Positions 51,621 to 62,018 of a stretch of 64,000 bases of DNA are shown here, in pieces (position 1 is the stretch's first letter; each line of letters begins with the position of its first letter). The position numbers were made by a program, and so were the translations under genes. Below the pieces are notes generated by a model. That model did no database searches and was not told the origin of the DNA. It saw only the letters and a list, made by a program, of their open reading frames with translations. Source of the DNA: Patescibacteria group bacterium (lineage in GTDB: Bacteria > Patescibacteriota > Patescibacteriia > 2-01-FULL-39-33); contig JBAZMW010000001.1 in assembly GCA_041649575.1 (NCBI GenBank), positions 87,944 through 151,943 of the forward strand, given 5' to 3'.

Positions 51621-52022
51621 ATGATGTTTACCACCAAAACCGAGTATGGGCTTCGTGCTATGGTCTCTCTGGCCAAAAATAAAGGCAAGAAGCCGTTGTC
51701 TTTGGCGCAGATAGCCAAAAGCAACCACATTTCCCAAGCTTACCTGGAGCAGTTATTTGCCAAATTAAAAGCCAATGATTTGGTAAAAAGCTCCAAGGGG
51801 GTGGAAGGTGGTTATGTGCTTTATCGGCCAGCCAGTAAAATCAATGTTTTTGAAATCGTGGAGGCGCTGGAGGGGCCGCTGGCGGTTTTTTATTGCATGT
51901 CCGGCGAACAAAAAAAAGCGGTTTGCTCGATCAAAGACTGCCTGACTAAAAAAATTTGGAGCGAGCTTCAGCGCAATATTATCAAAACCTTAAGAAGATT
52001 TAGCTTGGCAGATTTAATTTAA
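51621..52022 (+). CDS. iscR: Rrf2-family transcriptional regulator (IscR-like)
   Basis: N-terminal HTH (TEYGLRAMVSLA...LSLAQIAK) and three Cys (CMSGEQKKAVCSIKDC) for a cluster. Confidence 0.88.
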   Translation: MMFTTKTEYGLRAMVSLAKNKGKKPLSLAQIAKSNHISQAYLEQLFAKLKANDLVKSSKGVEGGYVLYRPASKINVFEIVEALEGPLAVFYCMSGEQKKAVCSIKDCLTKKIWSELQRNIIKTLRRFSLADLI

Positions 52023-52041
52023 AAATAAAAATTAACACTTT

Positions 52042-52422
52042 ATGTATAACGAAAAAGTTTTACAACATTTTAAAAATCCCCACAACCAAGGAATGATCAA
52101 GGGGGCCGATGGCGTAGGGCAGGTGGGCAATCCGGTTTGCGGCGACATCATGAAAATTTATATCAAGGTGGGTAAGAACAAGCGGGGAGAGGAAATAATC
52201 GAAGATATTAAATTTGAGACCCTGGGTTGCGGTGCAGCCATCGCCACTTCCTCGATGCTGACGGATATGGTCAAAGGCAAAACAATCAGTGAGTCGCTGA
52301 AAATCGGCAAGCTGGATATTGCCAAAGAATTGGGAGGCTTGCCGGAGGCTAAACTGCATTGTTCGGTTTTGGCGCATGAAGGCTTGGCTGAAGCAGTTAA
52401 AAATTATAGAAATAAAAAATAA
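52042..52422 (+). CDS. iscU: Fe-S cluster assembly scaffold IscU/NifU-like
   Basis: NPVCGD, LGCGAAIATSSM, and LHCSVLA. Confidence 0.92.
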   Translation: MYNEKVLQHFKNPHNQGMIKGADGVGQVGNPVCGDIMKIYIKVGKNKRGEEIIEDIKFETLGCGAAIATSSMLTDMVKGKTISESLKIGKLDIAKELGGLPEAKLHCSVLAHEGLAEAVKNYRNKK

Positions 52423-52423
52423 T

Positions 52424-52648
52424 ATGGAAAAAAAAATAAAAGAGGAGTTAGAAAAAATCCGTCCGTATCTGCAAATGGATGGCGGTGATGTCGAGTTTGT
52501 TTCTTTTGATGAAGCGACTGGTTTGCTAAGAATTAGAATGATGGGCGCTTGCGCGCATTGCCCGATGTCGCAGGTGACTCTAGGTGAAGGCATTAGGCGG
52601 ACTATTAAAGAGGCAATAAAAGAGGTAAAAGAGGTGGAGGCGGTTTAA
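52424..52648 (+). CDS. NifU C-terminal (Nfu-like) domain protein
   Basis: GGDVEFVSFDEATGLLRIRMMGACAHCPMSQVTL. The ATG at 52424 is preferred over the out-of-frame ORF-track start at 52319. Confidence 0.75.
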   Translation: MEKKIKEELEKIRPYLQMDGGDVEFVSFDEATGLLRIRMMGACAHCPMSQVTLGEGIRRTIKEAIKEVKEVEAV

Positions 52649-52657
52649 AAATATTAT

Positions 52658-53863
52658 ATGGAAGATAAAAAAAATATTTATTTAGATAATGCGGCCACCA
52701 CTAAAGTGGACCGGCGTGTGCTGGAGGCAATGCGGCCGTATTTTAGTGAGCAATATGGTAATGCCTCTTCTTTGCATCAGCCGGGCCTGGACGCCAGAGT
52801 GGCAGTAGACAGGGCTCAAGCCAAAATTGCCAGTTTTTTGGGCTGCCAGAAAGAGGAGGTATATTTTACCTCCGGCGCTACGGAAAGCGATAATATGGCA
52901 ATTTTGGGCCTTATAAGAGCTCTAGACGGCCAGGCGCAGAAAAAATCGCATTTAATCGTTTCAAAAATAGAACATGATGCCATTCTCGAGCCGGCCAAAC
53001 AATTAGCCAAGGAAGGCGTTGAGGTCACCTTTTTGCCGGTCAATAAAAAAGGACTGGTAGAGGTGGAGCAGTTAAGGCGAGCCGTTAAAGTAAACACAGT
53101 CCTGGTTTCTATAATGTATGTCAACAACGAGCTGGGCACGATTCAACCAATAAAAGAGATCGGCCAGTTAATCGGTCGGCTAAATAAAAAAAGAGGAGCT
53201 GGTAAGAATAAAATTTATTTTCACACCGACGCGGTGCAAGCCTTAAGCTATTGCGATTGTCAGGTGGAAAAATTAGGCGTTGACTTATTGTCTTTGTCGG
53301 GGCATAAAATTTATGGCCCCAAAGGAGTGGGAGCGATTTATATTAGACGGGGCACGCCGCTTAAGCCGCTGTTGTTTGGCGGGCACCAGCAAGAAGGAGT
53401 GCGTTCCGGCACCTATAATGTGCCGTCCATAGTCGGGCTGGGTCGGGCGGTGGAACTTTTGCTGGATGAAAGAAAATTAAAAACGGAAAACGAGAGAATA
53501 AAAAAATTAAGAGACTCCTTGATTAAAGGGGTTAGGGCCAAGGTGAGTGGAATTTTGATTAATGGTGATTTGGCAAAAAGAGTTCCTAGTAATGCCAGCT
53601 TTATTTTCAAGGGCGTGGAAGGGGAGAGCGTGGTTTTGCTGCTTTCGGAAAAAGGCATAGCCGTTTCCACTGGCTCGGCCTGTTCTTCTGGGTCGCTGGA
53701 GCCCAGCCATGTCCTTAAAGCGCTGGGAATAAAGCCAGAATTAGCCCACGGCAGTTTGCGAGTGACTTTGGGAAGATTTACCAGCCAAAAAGATATCAGA
53801 AAATTTTTAAAGGAGTTACCGTCGGCAGTCGCCAGACTAAGAAAAATTTCACCGTTTAAATAA
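52658..53863 (+). CDS. iscS: cysteine desulfurase
   Basis: PLP lysine in SLSGHKIYGPKGVGAIY and active-site SACSSGS. Confidence 0.92.
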   Translation: MEDKKNIYLDNAATTKVDRRVLEAMRPYFSEQYGNASSLHQPGLDARVAVDRAQAKIASFLGCQKEEVYFTSGATESDNMAILGLIRALDGQAQKKSHLIVSKIEHDAILEPAKQLAKEGVEVTFLPVNKKGLVEVEQLRRAVKVNTVLVSIMYVNNELGTIQPIKEIGQLIGRLNKKRGAGKNKIYFHTDAVQALSYCDCQVEKLGVDLLSLSGHKIYGPKGVGAIYIRRGTPLKPLLFGGHQQEGVRSGTYNVPSIVGLGRAVELLLDERKLKTENERIKKLRDSLIKGVRAKVSGILINGDLAKRVPSNASFIFKGVEGESVVLLLSEKGIAVSTGSACSSGSLEPSHVLKALGIKPELAHGSLRVTLGRFTSQKDIRKFLKELPSAVARLRKISPFK

Positions 53864-53873
53864 AATTTTTTAA

Positions 53874-53905
53874 AAGAAAGCCAGCTTGACTGGCTTTCTT
53901 TTTAG
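53874..53905. terminator. bidirectional rho-independent terminator
   Basis: GAAAGCCAG / CTGGCTTTC stem with A and T flanks. Confidence 0.75.
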
Positions 53906-53933
53906 TTGAGCTGTTAAATTGTTTACTGGCGGC

Positions 53934-54275
53934 CTAAGGTTTGGTAGAGGTGGCAAAAGTGGAAGTGGCTTTCGTGGAAGCGAGAGAAAAGCTAAATGGA
54001 TCACGAGGATTGACTAAATTGGTGGTCGGCTTGGTTTTTTCTGCTAAATTTTTGATGGTTTGTTGAAACCTTTCTTTCTCCAGGTTTTCTTCCAGAACCT
54101 GTTGTTTTAGTTGAGTGAGGATTTCGGCTTGGGCGATTGCTCGATAAACATTTTTGTAAAGAAACGAAAAAACTAGCCCTAAGATAATAATAATAATTAC
54201 AATTATAGCGGGATAAAGGTATTTAATTAGGGGAAAGATGCTCGGCCGGAAAGGCAATTTTTTATTATTGGACAT
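53934..54275 (-). CDS. small membrane-anchored coiled-coil protein at the end of pilus set 2
   Basis: TM helix followed by a coiled coil, in the PilP position. Confidence 0.4.
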   Translation of the reverse strand: MSNNKKLPFRPSIFPLIKYLYPAIIVIIIIILGLVFSFLYKNVYRAIAQAEILTQLKQQVLEENLEKERFQQTIKNLAEKTKPTTNLVNPRDPFSFSLASTKATSTFATSTKP

Positions 54276-54280
54276 GATTT

Positions 54281-54814
54281 TTATTTTAGATAAACAGAAC
54301 CGATTAATTGGAGGGTAATATTTTGATTGGCGTTTTTACTATTGGTCGAAGCTAGCAGCAGGTCCAGATTGTAGTAGTATGGCAAGTTTTCAACAGACCG
54401 CAGAAAACCCAGTAATTGGGGATACTCGCCAACCAAATTAATTTGCAAAGGAATCTGTTTGATGCCATCACCCAAATCTTTGCCATCAAGGTCGGGATTA
54501 AGGTTGATAAGCAGTCCATTTTGACTAGCCAGATTTTCTAACTGGGTAAAGAATTCCAATTCATGATTTTTTTTGACAAAAACCGATTCTAGCTGATTGA
54601 TCGTTTCTTTGATTTCTGTCAAATCAGTTTTAATTTTACGCAGGTTCATTCCTGAATTTAATTTTTGTTCCAATTTCAGTCTCTCGGAAGTTATCTCCTG
54701 GTTGATTTTGCTGATTTCGATGAAGTTGGGATAAATAATAAAGGCCGCCACTGCCAAAAGGACAATGACAACCGAGCCGATAGTTATAAAGTTTTTATTT
54801 TTTCGGTAATCCAT
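54281..54814 (-). CDS. pilO: PilO-like protein (set 2)
   Basis: TM helix plus coiled coil, downstream of pilN. Confidence 0.6.
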   Translation of the reverse strand: MDYRKNKNFITIGSVVIVLLAVAAFIIYPNFIEISKINQEITSERLKLEQKLNSGMNLRKIKTDLTEIKETINQLESVFVKKNHELEFFTQLENLASQNGLLINLNPDLDGKDLGDGIKQIPLQINLVGEYPQLLGFLRSVENLPYYYNLDLLLASTNSKNANQNITLQLIGSVYLK

Positions 54815-55355
54815 TTTCTGGTTGACTTACAGCTGATTTAATTTTGGCTCCAATGGTAAAGCTGTTATTTTCTTTGACCAGTAAGTTATTTAGGGGCAGG
54901 TCGATATCATAAAATCGTTCGTCGGCTTCCAGATTTTTTTTGAGTTCCAACAAGTCATTTCTGGTTTTTGCTATCCCCTGAATTTCTAATTGTGAGTTTT
55001 GTTGGTAAATTTTTACCAGATTGTAGGAAACGCCAGCTGGCGTAAGTTTTGATAAGTTGGTTAGGAAATCAGACCATTTCTGGAAATTTTTTTGGATTTT
55101 ATAAACGTTATTTATTTTTTTATTGATTAAAACAACTTCTTCGTTGGTTTTTTGGCTGATTTGAATGGCATTAATATTACGGGTGATCAGGCTGGCCAGT
55201 TGTTGTTCTAAGAAGTAGCGGGAAACTATAAGCAAGATAGCGATTAGGGCGGTAAAAAGCAAAAACAACATCAAAAGTTCTTTTAAAGCCAGGTAGATCC
55301 TTTTGGTCTTTAATTCTTTTTTTTGTTTGGGTGAAAGAAGATTTAAGGTAATCAT
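54795..55355 (-). CDS. pilN: PilN-like protein (set 2)
   Basis: N-terminal MITLNLLSP (an INLLP variant), TM helix, coiled coil. Confidence 0.65.
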   Translation of the reverse strand: MITLNLLSPKQKKELKTKRIYLALKELLMLFLLFTALIAILLIVSRYFLEQQLASLITRNINAIQISQKTNEEVVLINKKINNVYKIQKNFQKWSDFLTNLSKLTPAGVSYNLVKIYQQNSQLEIQGIAKTRNDLLELKKNLEADERFYDIDLPLNNLLVKENNSFTIGAKIKSAVSQPENGLPKK

Positions 55356-56410
55356 AAAAAAGTTTCCGGACTAAGGCCGCGGCGGGCTAAGCCCAGGGCG
55401 GTGATAAAAGACTGGGATTTGCCCGAAGAAAAATAATTGTTTTGAGGATTAATGATGTTTTGCCAGGGATTGGCCACCACGGCCGCTAATTTGATTTTAT
55501 TTTGGATATTTGCGGCCATTTCGGAAAAGCAAGCGCCACCGCCGCAGAGCATGATTTGTTTTAGTTCTTTGGCGTTTTTGAAGTTGTCGCGATAAAAATT
55601 AGTTGCTTCCAGAATATTGCGGCAGAGCTCATCAATGGTATCAGAAAGTATTTCCAGTAGCGCGCCATGGCATTTATTTTTGTCCAGGCCGCAGACAATT
55701 TTGGCCTGCTCGGCCTGTTCTCGGTCAAGCTCGAGGGCTTCGGCAATCAGCTGGGTGAGGCGATTGCCGGAAATCGGCAGACTGATCGTAAATTTTACAA
55801 AGCCTTCCTCAATCAGAAAAAGACCAGTGCGGTTGGCGCCGATATCAATGACAACCTTTGGTTCTTGATCTTGATCGGGAACAATGGCGCGGGCAATGGC
55901 GGCCGCCTCGATTTCTAGAGCGGTGGGGATCAGGCCGGCTTGAGTCAAAATGGCCACGTAGGAATCAATGATGTTTTGCGGCGAAATCCCAACAATCAAG
56001 GTTTGTTTCTCGGCCTCCGTTTTAATGATCTGCCAGTCAAAATAAACTTCCTCGATATTAAGGGGTACGTGTTGCGGTAGAACCAGTTTTATCTCGTCAT
56101 TTATCTTTTCTTTTTCAACCAGGGGAATATCGATGACTTTGAGAAAAGTTTTGCTTTCCGGCAAAACAGCGATAACTTCGTCGCTAAGTTTTCCGTGGCC
56201 GTGTCTGGTTTTGATCAACTTGACCAATGCTTCCAAAAAAGGTTTGCTCTGCTTGATCTCTCCCCCCTCCAGGCAGCCCGAAGGCAGACTGATCTCATTA
56301 TAAAGTTGGAGGCGTATTTTTTTGCCTCTTTTATGAAGCTGAACTAGCCGCAAACAGTGGTCGGAGATATCTAACCCAAAAGCGATTTCCTTGGTGGTAA
56401 AAAAAGACAT
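55352..56410 (-). CDS. pilM: PilM (set 2)
   Basis: Actin-like ATPase fold (FGLDISDHCLRLV, IDIGANRTGLF). Confidence 0.8.
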   Translation of the reverse strand: MSFFTTKEIAFGLDISDHCLRLVQLHKRGKKIRLQLYNEISLPSGCLEGGEIKQSKPFLEALVKLIKTRHGHGKLSDEVIAVLPESKTFLKVIDIPLVEKEKINDEIKLVLPQHVPLNIEEVYFDWQIIKTEAEKQTLIVGISPQNIIDSYVAILTQAGLIPTALEIEAAAIARAIVPDQDQEPKVVIDIGANRTGLFLIEEGFVKFTISLPISGNRLTQLIAEALELDREQAEQAKIVCGLDKNKCHGALLEILSDTIDELCRNILEATNFYRDNFKNAKELKQIMLCGGGACFSEMAANIQNKIKLAAVVANPWQNIINPQNNYFSSGKSQSFITALGLARRGLSPETFL

Positions 56411-56478
56411 CGATAAATTATTAAAGGTTTAGCCTGATTTATTTAATTATAGAGCATTATTGATTATTTTTCTAGGTT

Positions 56479-57780
56479 TTAATACTCTTCTTCCCAGTGC
56501 TCTACGGTGACAACCGGAGAAAATTGGGGGTCGCCCAGGGTGTAACTGATGATTTCGTTATCAAAGGTGATGTTAATGCCCTGCCAGAGACTAGTCAAAG
56601 TCAGTTTTCGCGAGATTAAGCCGCCAGTGACATCAAAGGCTCCGGGCAGGCTTAAAATATTAATTTTGTCGTTGGCATAAATTAACGCTTGAGCGTCGAA
56701 GTCGTCGAGACACAGCTCGAAATCGATACGGCCCATGGCCAGCAGTCCGGAAGGAGTGGTGGTGCCGACGCGACTGATATCCACATCAGAGCGCCCGCAT
56801 CTTAACCACCAACAGCAAAGCAAAGTGTTTTGGCCGACGGCAATGTCGCCCTCCGCCGCCAGAACGCCGTTAACAGTCAATTTTTGTCCGCCTTTAATAT
56901 CGATATCGCCGGTGACATAGGTAATCGGGCCAGGCAAAGTCAGCTCTTGGTTGTCCCACATCAGGTCTTCAAACTGACTCTCGCTGTAGATGGCATTGGC
57001 ACGATTTTTGTAAGAGTCAGGGTCGGCCGGATCGTTAAAAGAAATAGCCGGCATCGGTATGGGATCGGGGGCGGGGGGATAATTAGCCGCTTCCAGACTG
57101 GAAGCATTGATGGTGGAAGTCCAGTTCCTGTTTATATTGCCGGTGGCCCGTACGGCATTATCGACATTTAGGGTGCTCCAAAAATTGACAATAATATTAT
57201 TATTGGAAAACAAGCTGCCATTGTAAACGTTTATCAGACTGCCGGAAGTGTCGATATTGCCGTCGGCATATTCTCCGTTGTCACCGACTATACTTTCTCC
57301 CAAAGCTTTGTAGATGGTGGTTTTAACCACACGTTGGGCGGTGCTGCCATTTAAATCTAAAAAACCGGTAGCGGTGATTTCTCCTCTGGCCAGACCGGTG
57401 TTGCTGATGTGGATTTGATAAGAACCGTTAGCCAAGAGCGCCGAATCCCTGGTGTAAGTGAAAGACCAGCTGGGATTATTTTCAAAGCTGTCTTTCCAGG
57501 TCGGGTCGTTTTTTATTCTCCAGACGGCTTCGGCGATGGCGCTCTCGGCCAGATAGTAGGTTTTGGCGGCGGCTGATTGGCTGGAGGAAATTTTTAGTTC
57601 AGTCAGGGTAAAATTGACAAGATAAACAGCCAACAACAGCATCAGTGACATGATTAGAATGGAGGTCATTAGCACAAAACCCTTGGGGTTTTTGGTAAAG
57701 ATTTTTTTATAAATTGCGGCCATAAACGGAAGTAAAAATAATCTCCGACTGATTATCTTTGCTAAGATATAAATTGACAT
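56479..57780 (-). CDS. large PilX-like minor pilin / possible tip protein
   Basis: TM helix followed by YYLAESAIAEAVWRI (PilX_N-like) and a large C-terminal domain. Confidence 0.55.
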   Translation of the reverse strand: MSIYILAKIISRRLFLLPFMAAIYKKIFTKNPKGFVLMTSILIMSLMLLLAVYLVNFTLTELKISSSQSAAAKTYYLAESAIAEAVWRIKNDPTWKDSFENNPSWSFTYTRDSALLANGSYQIHISNTGLARGEITATGFLDLNGSTAQRVVKTTIYKALGESIVGDNGEYADGNIDTSGSLINVYNGSLFSNNNIIVNFWSTLNVDNAVRATGNINRNWTSTINASSLEAANYPPAPDPIPMPAISFNDPADPDSYKNRANAIYSESQFEDLMWDNQELTLPGPITYVTGDIDIKGGQKLTVNGVLAAEGDIAVGQNTLLCCWWLRCGRSDVDISRVGTTTPSGLLAMGRIDFELCLDDFDAQALIYANDKINILSLPGAFDVTGGLISRKLTLTSLWQGINITFDNEIISYTLGDPQFSPVVTVEHWEEEY

Positions 57781-58261
57781 TAATCAGCTTGTCGCCCCAG
57801 AATTCAATATCAGAAACGTACTCGCCAATAATTTTGTCTTCCAAAATGTTCATTTCTGGCGCTTGTCCGCTCTGACTGGTTGCATGCCAATAGACATAGA
57901 TATCAGGATCTTCTGGAAAAGAGTAAACAATGGATTGTCTTTTGATGTCGGAGTTTTCTAGATAATATCGAATGTAGCTGATGTTGGAAGTGTCATGACC
58001 GTCTTGGAACATGATTTCCTCAGGCAAACTGTCGGGGTCACCGTTGGTTTCGGGGATTTCAGTCACAATCTCTGGTGTCTGACGGATTTCTCTTATCAGG
58101 CGATCGAGGATTACCCGGCCATTTTGGGTGATCTCGGCCTTGGTATCATTGTGATTGTAGGTTTCCTGGCTAAGGCTATAAATAGAGGTGACCATGGTAA
58201 ATAAGAGAGCAGCAATAGCGATCGAGATAATAACTTCGATCAGAGTAAAGCCTTTTTTCAT
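57707..58261 (-). CDS. minor pilin (PilW-like)
   Basis: KKGFTLIEVIISIAIAALL prepilin N-terminus. The start is taken at the internal Met. Confidence 0.7.
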   Translation of the reverse strand: MKKGFTLIEVIISIAIAALLFTMVTSIYSLSQETYNHNDTKAEITQNGRVILDRLIREIRQTPEIVTEIPETNGDPDSLPEEIMFQDGHDTSNISYIRYYLENSDIKRQSIVYSFPEDPDIYVYWHATSQSGQAPEMNILEDKIIGEYVSDIEFWGDKLINVNLYLSKDNQSEIIFTSVYGRNL

Positions 58262-58290
58262 TTTGGTTATAAAAAAATAATCAGGCATAA

Positions 58291-58719
58291 CTATTTTTTG
58301 CTTATCAATAGCATCAGGCTGGTGTTTTTTTCCAGGGATAATAGAGGACTATGCCAAAAAACAGTGACGGTTATTTTTTTTATCCCCGTCTCCGCCACCG
58401 AATATTCCAAATCACCATCGACATATTCAGTGACCGTTTGGCGTTGGTAATAATAAAAAGGGTTGGCCTGGTCGCTGGAGAGGCGATGCTTGGCTTCGAT
58501 GGTCCCTAAATCGATATTTTCATAATTCAAATAAAACATTTCCTCAATTTTGGCTTGGGCCAGATTGGTGGCGATGGTGGTTTGTTCCGCCGACTTGTTA
58601 ATTTTTAGAGCCAAAGGAAAAATTCCGACGATTGCCAAAATACCAATCAATAAAACGGCCAGAGTGACCACTGTTTCTATAAGGGTGAAGCCGTAAGTGT
58701 TAGTTTTGAAGTTTGACAT
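58291..58719 (-). CDS. minor pilin (PilV-like)
   Basis: YGFTLIETVVTLAVLLIGIL prepilin N-terminus. Confidence 0.7.
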   Translation of the reverse strand: MSNFKTNTYGFTLIETVVTLAVLLIGILAIVGIFPLALKINKSAEQTTIATNLAQAKIEEMFYLNYENIDLGTIEAKHRLSSDQANPFYYYQRQTVTEYVDGDLEYSVAETGIKKITVTVFWHSPLLSLEKNTSLMLLISKK

Positions 58720-59182
58720 AACCGGATGGTTTAATCTCAATAGTTATAGTGCGATTGGCACTGTTAACCAGCACTAGGCTGCCGCTTTCGCCGGCGGCGC
58801 CAGTCGCGTTAAAACTAGCCGTGTCGGCGGTCAGATTATTAATAGACTGAATAGTGATTTGGGGATTGATGACCACGGTTTTAAGAGTAGTCTCTGGATT
58901 TGTTTTTATAATACTGTAGCTGTTTTGCAATTGATTAAAACTGACGGAATAGACGACCTGTTCGGTTACGGCTAGTTGTTGAGCGTAGCGTAGATCAGAA
59001 GCTATTTGCCGACTGGTTGAGTTTAGGGCCAGGTTGGGGCGCAGTTGTTTGTAAATAGGGAAGCTGATGGCGGCCAGGATGCCAATAACAGCCAAAACGG
59101 CGATCAAATCAAGCAAAGTAAAGCCAAAATTTTTTAAAAAACCATCCGTTCGGTTGGTCGCGTTTAGGATTGAATTTTTCAT
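58700..59182 (-). CDS. minor pilin / pseudopilin (FimT/GspH-like)
   Basis: FGFTLLDLIAVLAVIGILAAI prepilin N-terminus. Confidence 0.7.
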   Translation of the reverse strand: MKNSILNATNRTDGFLKNFGFTLLDLIAVLAVIGILAAISFPIYKQLRPNLALNSTSRQIASDLRYAQQLAVTEQVVYSVSFNQLQNSYSIIKTNPETTLKTVVINPQITIQSINNLTADTASFNATGAAGESGSLVLVNSANRTITIEIKPSGYVKLQN

Positions 59183-59190
59183 TGAGGCTT

Positions 59191-60261
59191 TTAAAATTTT
59201 TCACTCAAGGAATACATAGGCATTAAAATGCCCAGAGCGATGCCGGCCACACCCAAACCGATAACAAGCATTAGCAGTGGTTCAATAATGGTGGGCAGGT
59301 TATTCATGGTCTGGTAGACTTCCTCCTCGTAGAAGTCGGCCAATTTTTCCAGAACTTCATCGAGAGAGCCGGTTTCTTCGCCCACGGCCACCATCTGGTC
59401 GATAATTGCCGGGAAGATATGGGGATAGTTTCTAAAAGCATTGCCCATTTTTTCTCCTTTTCTGACTTGTTCGGCAATTTGGTTTAGGGCTTCGCGATAA
59501 AAATGATTGCCGACAACCCGGGAAGTGATGTTCAGAGTGTCAATGATGGGTATGTCCGCTTTTATTAAAGCGCTCAAACTGCGTGACAGCCGGGCTAAAT
59601 TTATTTTTTTGATTACCGAGGCGACGATAGGCGTCTTTAATAATAAGAGGTCAAGTCCTCTTTTGCCGGTTTTGGTTTTTAGAGCTTTAACCAAAATGGC
59701 CACGACGATAATAATAACAGTTAAAATTATCAAGCCATAGGATTGAGCCAGGTCGTTAATAGAAATTATTATTCTAGTGGCCAGAGGCAGCTCGACATCC
59801 AAGTCCTTGAAGAGCTTGGTGATGTTGGGCAAAACAAAGGTGATAATAAAGATGCCAATACCGACCATGGCGACCAAAATTATAGCCGGGTAAGTCAGGG
59901 CATTTCTGACTTTAAGCAGCAGATCATGATCCTTTTTGCTTTGCAGGTAAAGCTCATGCAAAACCTCTTCTAGACGGCCGGAAGCCTCGCCGGCTTTTAT
60001 CATATTAATGAACAGTTCGCCGAAATCTCTTTGATAAGTTTCCAGACTTTCACCAAAACTGCAACCTTTTTTTATTTGATCGCGGATGTTGGCCAAAATA
60101 TTTTTGAGCTTGTTGTTTTTGACTTGTTGGGCCAAGACGTCGAGAGCCTCGGCTAGAGGCACGCCGGTTTTTATCATAATAGAAAGATTCTGCACCATAA
60201 AAATTTTATTGGGCGTTGAGATTCTTTGCCAGCTGGTGAAAAAATTTTTTATTTTGGCCAT
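59191..60261 (-). CDS. pilC: PilC/GspF platform protein (set 2)
   Basis: GspF repeats and a polytopic membrane protein. Confidence 0.9.
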   Translation of the reverse strand: MAKIKNFFTSWQRISTPNKIFMVQNLSIMIKTGVPLAEALDVLAQQVKNNKLKNILANIRDQIKKGCSFGESLETYQRDFGELFINMIKAGEASGRLEEVLHELYLQSKKDHDLLLKVRNALTYPAIILVAMVGIGIFIITFVLPNITKLFKDLDVELPLATRIIISINDLAQSYGLIILTVIIIVVAILVKALKTKTGKRGLDLLLLKTPIVASVIKKINLARLSRSLSALIKADIPIIDTLNITSRVVGNHFYREALNQIAEQVRKGEKMGNAFRNYPHIFPAIIDQMVAVGEETGSLDEVLEKLADFYEEEVYQTMNNLPTIIEPLLMLVIGLGVAGIALGILMPMYSLSEKF

Positions 60262-60264
60262 AAA

Positions 60265-61995
60265 TTATTCCTGGGTTACTCTTAAGACTTCCTCAATAGT
60301 GGTAGTGCCGCTTTTGGCTTTAATGAAGCCGTCTTGCAGCAGAGTGGTCATGCCGTTTTCCAAAGCGGCGCGCTCTAATTCATCACGGGAAGCTTTGCTG
60401 ATAATCAGCTGACCGATCTTCTCGTTAATCTCCAGGGTCTCATAAATGCCGATGCGGCCCTTGTAGCCGGTACTGCCGCATTGCTGGCAGCCTTTCCCGC
60501 GATAAAAAAGAACGGATTTAATGCTTTGTTTGGCGTTTAAATAACCCTGTTGGATTAGATTTTTTTCTAATTTTTCCAGATTGAATTGTTTTTCCAGTTC
60601 TTCGATGGTTTTTTTATCTAACTTATAGCTTTCAATGCAGTTTTTACAGATTTTTCTGACCAGTCTTTGGGCAACAACCAGATTTAGAGTCGAGGCGATT
60701 AAGAAAGTCGGCACTTTCATATCGATAAGGCGAGGGATAGCGGTGACGGCGTCGTTGGTGTGCAGAGTGGAAAGCACCAAGTGCCCGGTCATGGCGGCGT
60801 TGATGCTGATTTCAGCCGTTTCTATGTCTCGGATTTCTCCGACCATAATAATATTGGGGTCCTGACGCAACAGGGCGCGCAGGCCGGCGGCAAAGGTAAA
60901 GCCAATCTTGGGTTGGACCTGGCTTTGGTTAATACCTTGAACACGGTATTCAATTGGATCCTCGACGGTAGAGATATTGACTTCTGGCTTGTTTAAAACG
61001 CCTAAAATGGTGTAAAGGGTGGTGGTTTTGCCACTCCCGGTCGGACCGGTGACCAAAATCATGCCATGCGGCTTGGCGATATTTTTTTTTATCACCTCCA
61101 GTGAATTTGGCTGGAAACCCAGCTGCTCCAAGGAAAGTTGTTGGGTCTGATCGGGCAACAAACGCAAGACCACTTTTTCACCGTCGAAAGTCGGCAAAAT
61201 GGAAACACGGAAAGACACTTGGTAGTCTTGAGTTTTAATCTTAAAGCGGCCGTCTTGCGGCAGGCGGTGCTCATCAAGCTTAAGATTAGAGAGGATTTTG
61301 ATTCTAGCGATAACGCCCGGATGCGTGTTTTTGGGCAGGGTCATGACATTTTTTAAGACGCCATCAATACGATAGCGGACATTCACTTCTTTTTCCGCCG
61401 GTTCGATATGAATGTCGGAAGCTTTTTCCAAAATAGCGTATTCCAGCATAGTATCGACAATCCTGACGATGGGCAAGTCTTGAGCTAGGTCTTTTAATTT
61501 GTCCGGATCGCCATCGGTTTCTGTTTTTTGTCCCTCGGTTTCCATCTCTTTAAGTTCGGCATTTAAGCCTTTGCGGTATTGCTTCAAAATTTCACGGATG
61601 TTATCGGGACTGGTGAGGTGAAGCTTGATGTTTAGTTGAGTTTTTTTGGCCAAAAAATCAAACAGTTCAATATTGGAAATATCCAAGGTGGCGACTTTCA
61701 GATCGCCATTATTTTTATCAAAAGCAATGGTCTGGTGCGCTTGCGCCGTGACTTCGGGTATGATTTGCAGAATATCTTTGCGAATAGTTTGGTTTTTCAA
61801 ATCAACGAAAGGCAGACCATAATACTTGGCAGCGGTTTCATAAAGCAACTCGGAAGAGATAATTTTCTGGGAAATTAAAAAATTTTCCAGAGTTTTGTTG
61901 TCTTTTCTGGCTTGTTCGGAAAAAGTTTTAAGCTGAATTTCGTCTAAGATCTTATTCCTTTTTAAGATCTCCTCCAGGTCTTTTTGGTTTATCAT
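60265..61995 (-). CDS. pilB: PilB/GspE assembly ATPase (set 2)
   Basis: GPTGSGKTTT, IIMVGEIRD, GHLVLSTLHT, and tetracysteine CKNC...CQQC. Confidence 0.93.
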   Translation of the reverse strand: MINQKDLEEILKRNKILDEIQLKTFSEQARKDNKTLENFLISQKIISSELLYETAAKYYGLPFVDLKNQTIRKDILQIIPEVTAQAHQTIAFDKNNGDLKVATLDISNIELFDFLAKKTQLNIKLHLTSPDNIREILKQYRKGLNAELKEMETEGQKTETDGDPDKLKDLAQDLPIVRIVDTMLEYAILEKASDIHIEPAEKEVNVRYRIDGVLKNVMTLPKNTHPGVIARIKILSNLKLDEHRLPQDGRFKIKTQDYQVSFRVSILPTFDGEKVVLRLLPDQTQQLSLEQLGFQPNSLEVIKKNIAKPHGMILVTGPTGSGKTTTLYTILGVLNKPEVNISTVEDPIEYRVQGINQSQVQPKIGFTFAAGLRALLRQDPNIIMVGEIRDIETAEISINAAMTGHLVLSTLHTNDAVTAIPRLIDMKVPTFLIASTLNLVVAQRLVRKICKNCIESYKLDKKTIEELEKQFNLEKLEKNLIQQGYLNAKQSIKSVLFYRGKGCQQCGSTGYKGRIGIYETLEINEKIGQLIISKASRDELERAALENGMTTLLQDGFIKAKSGTTTIEEVLRVTQE

Positions 61996-62018
61996 AATTT
62001 GTCACCAGTCCAAATGGA

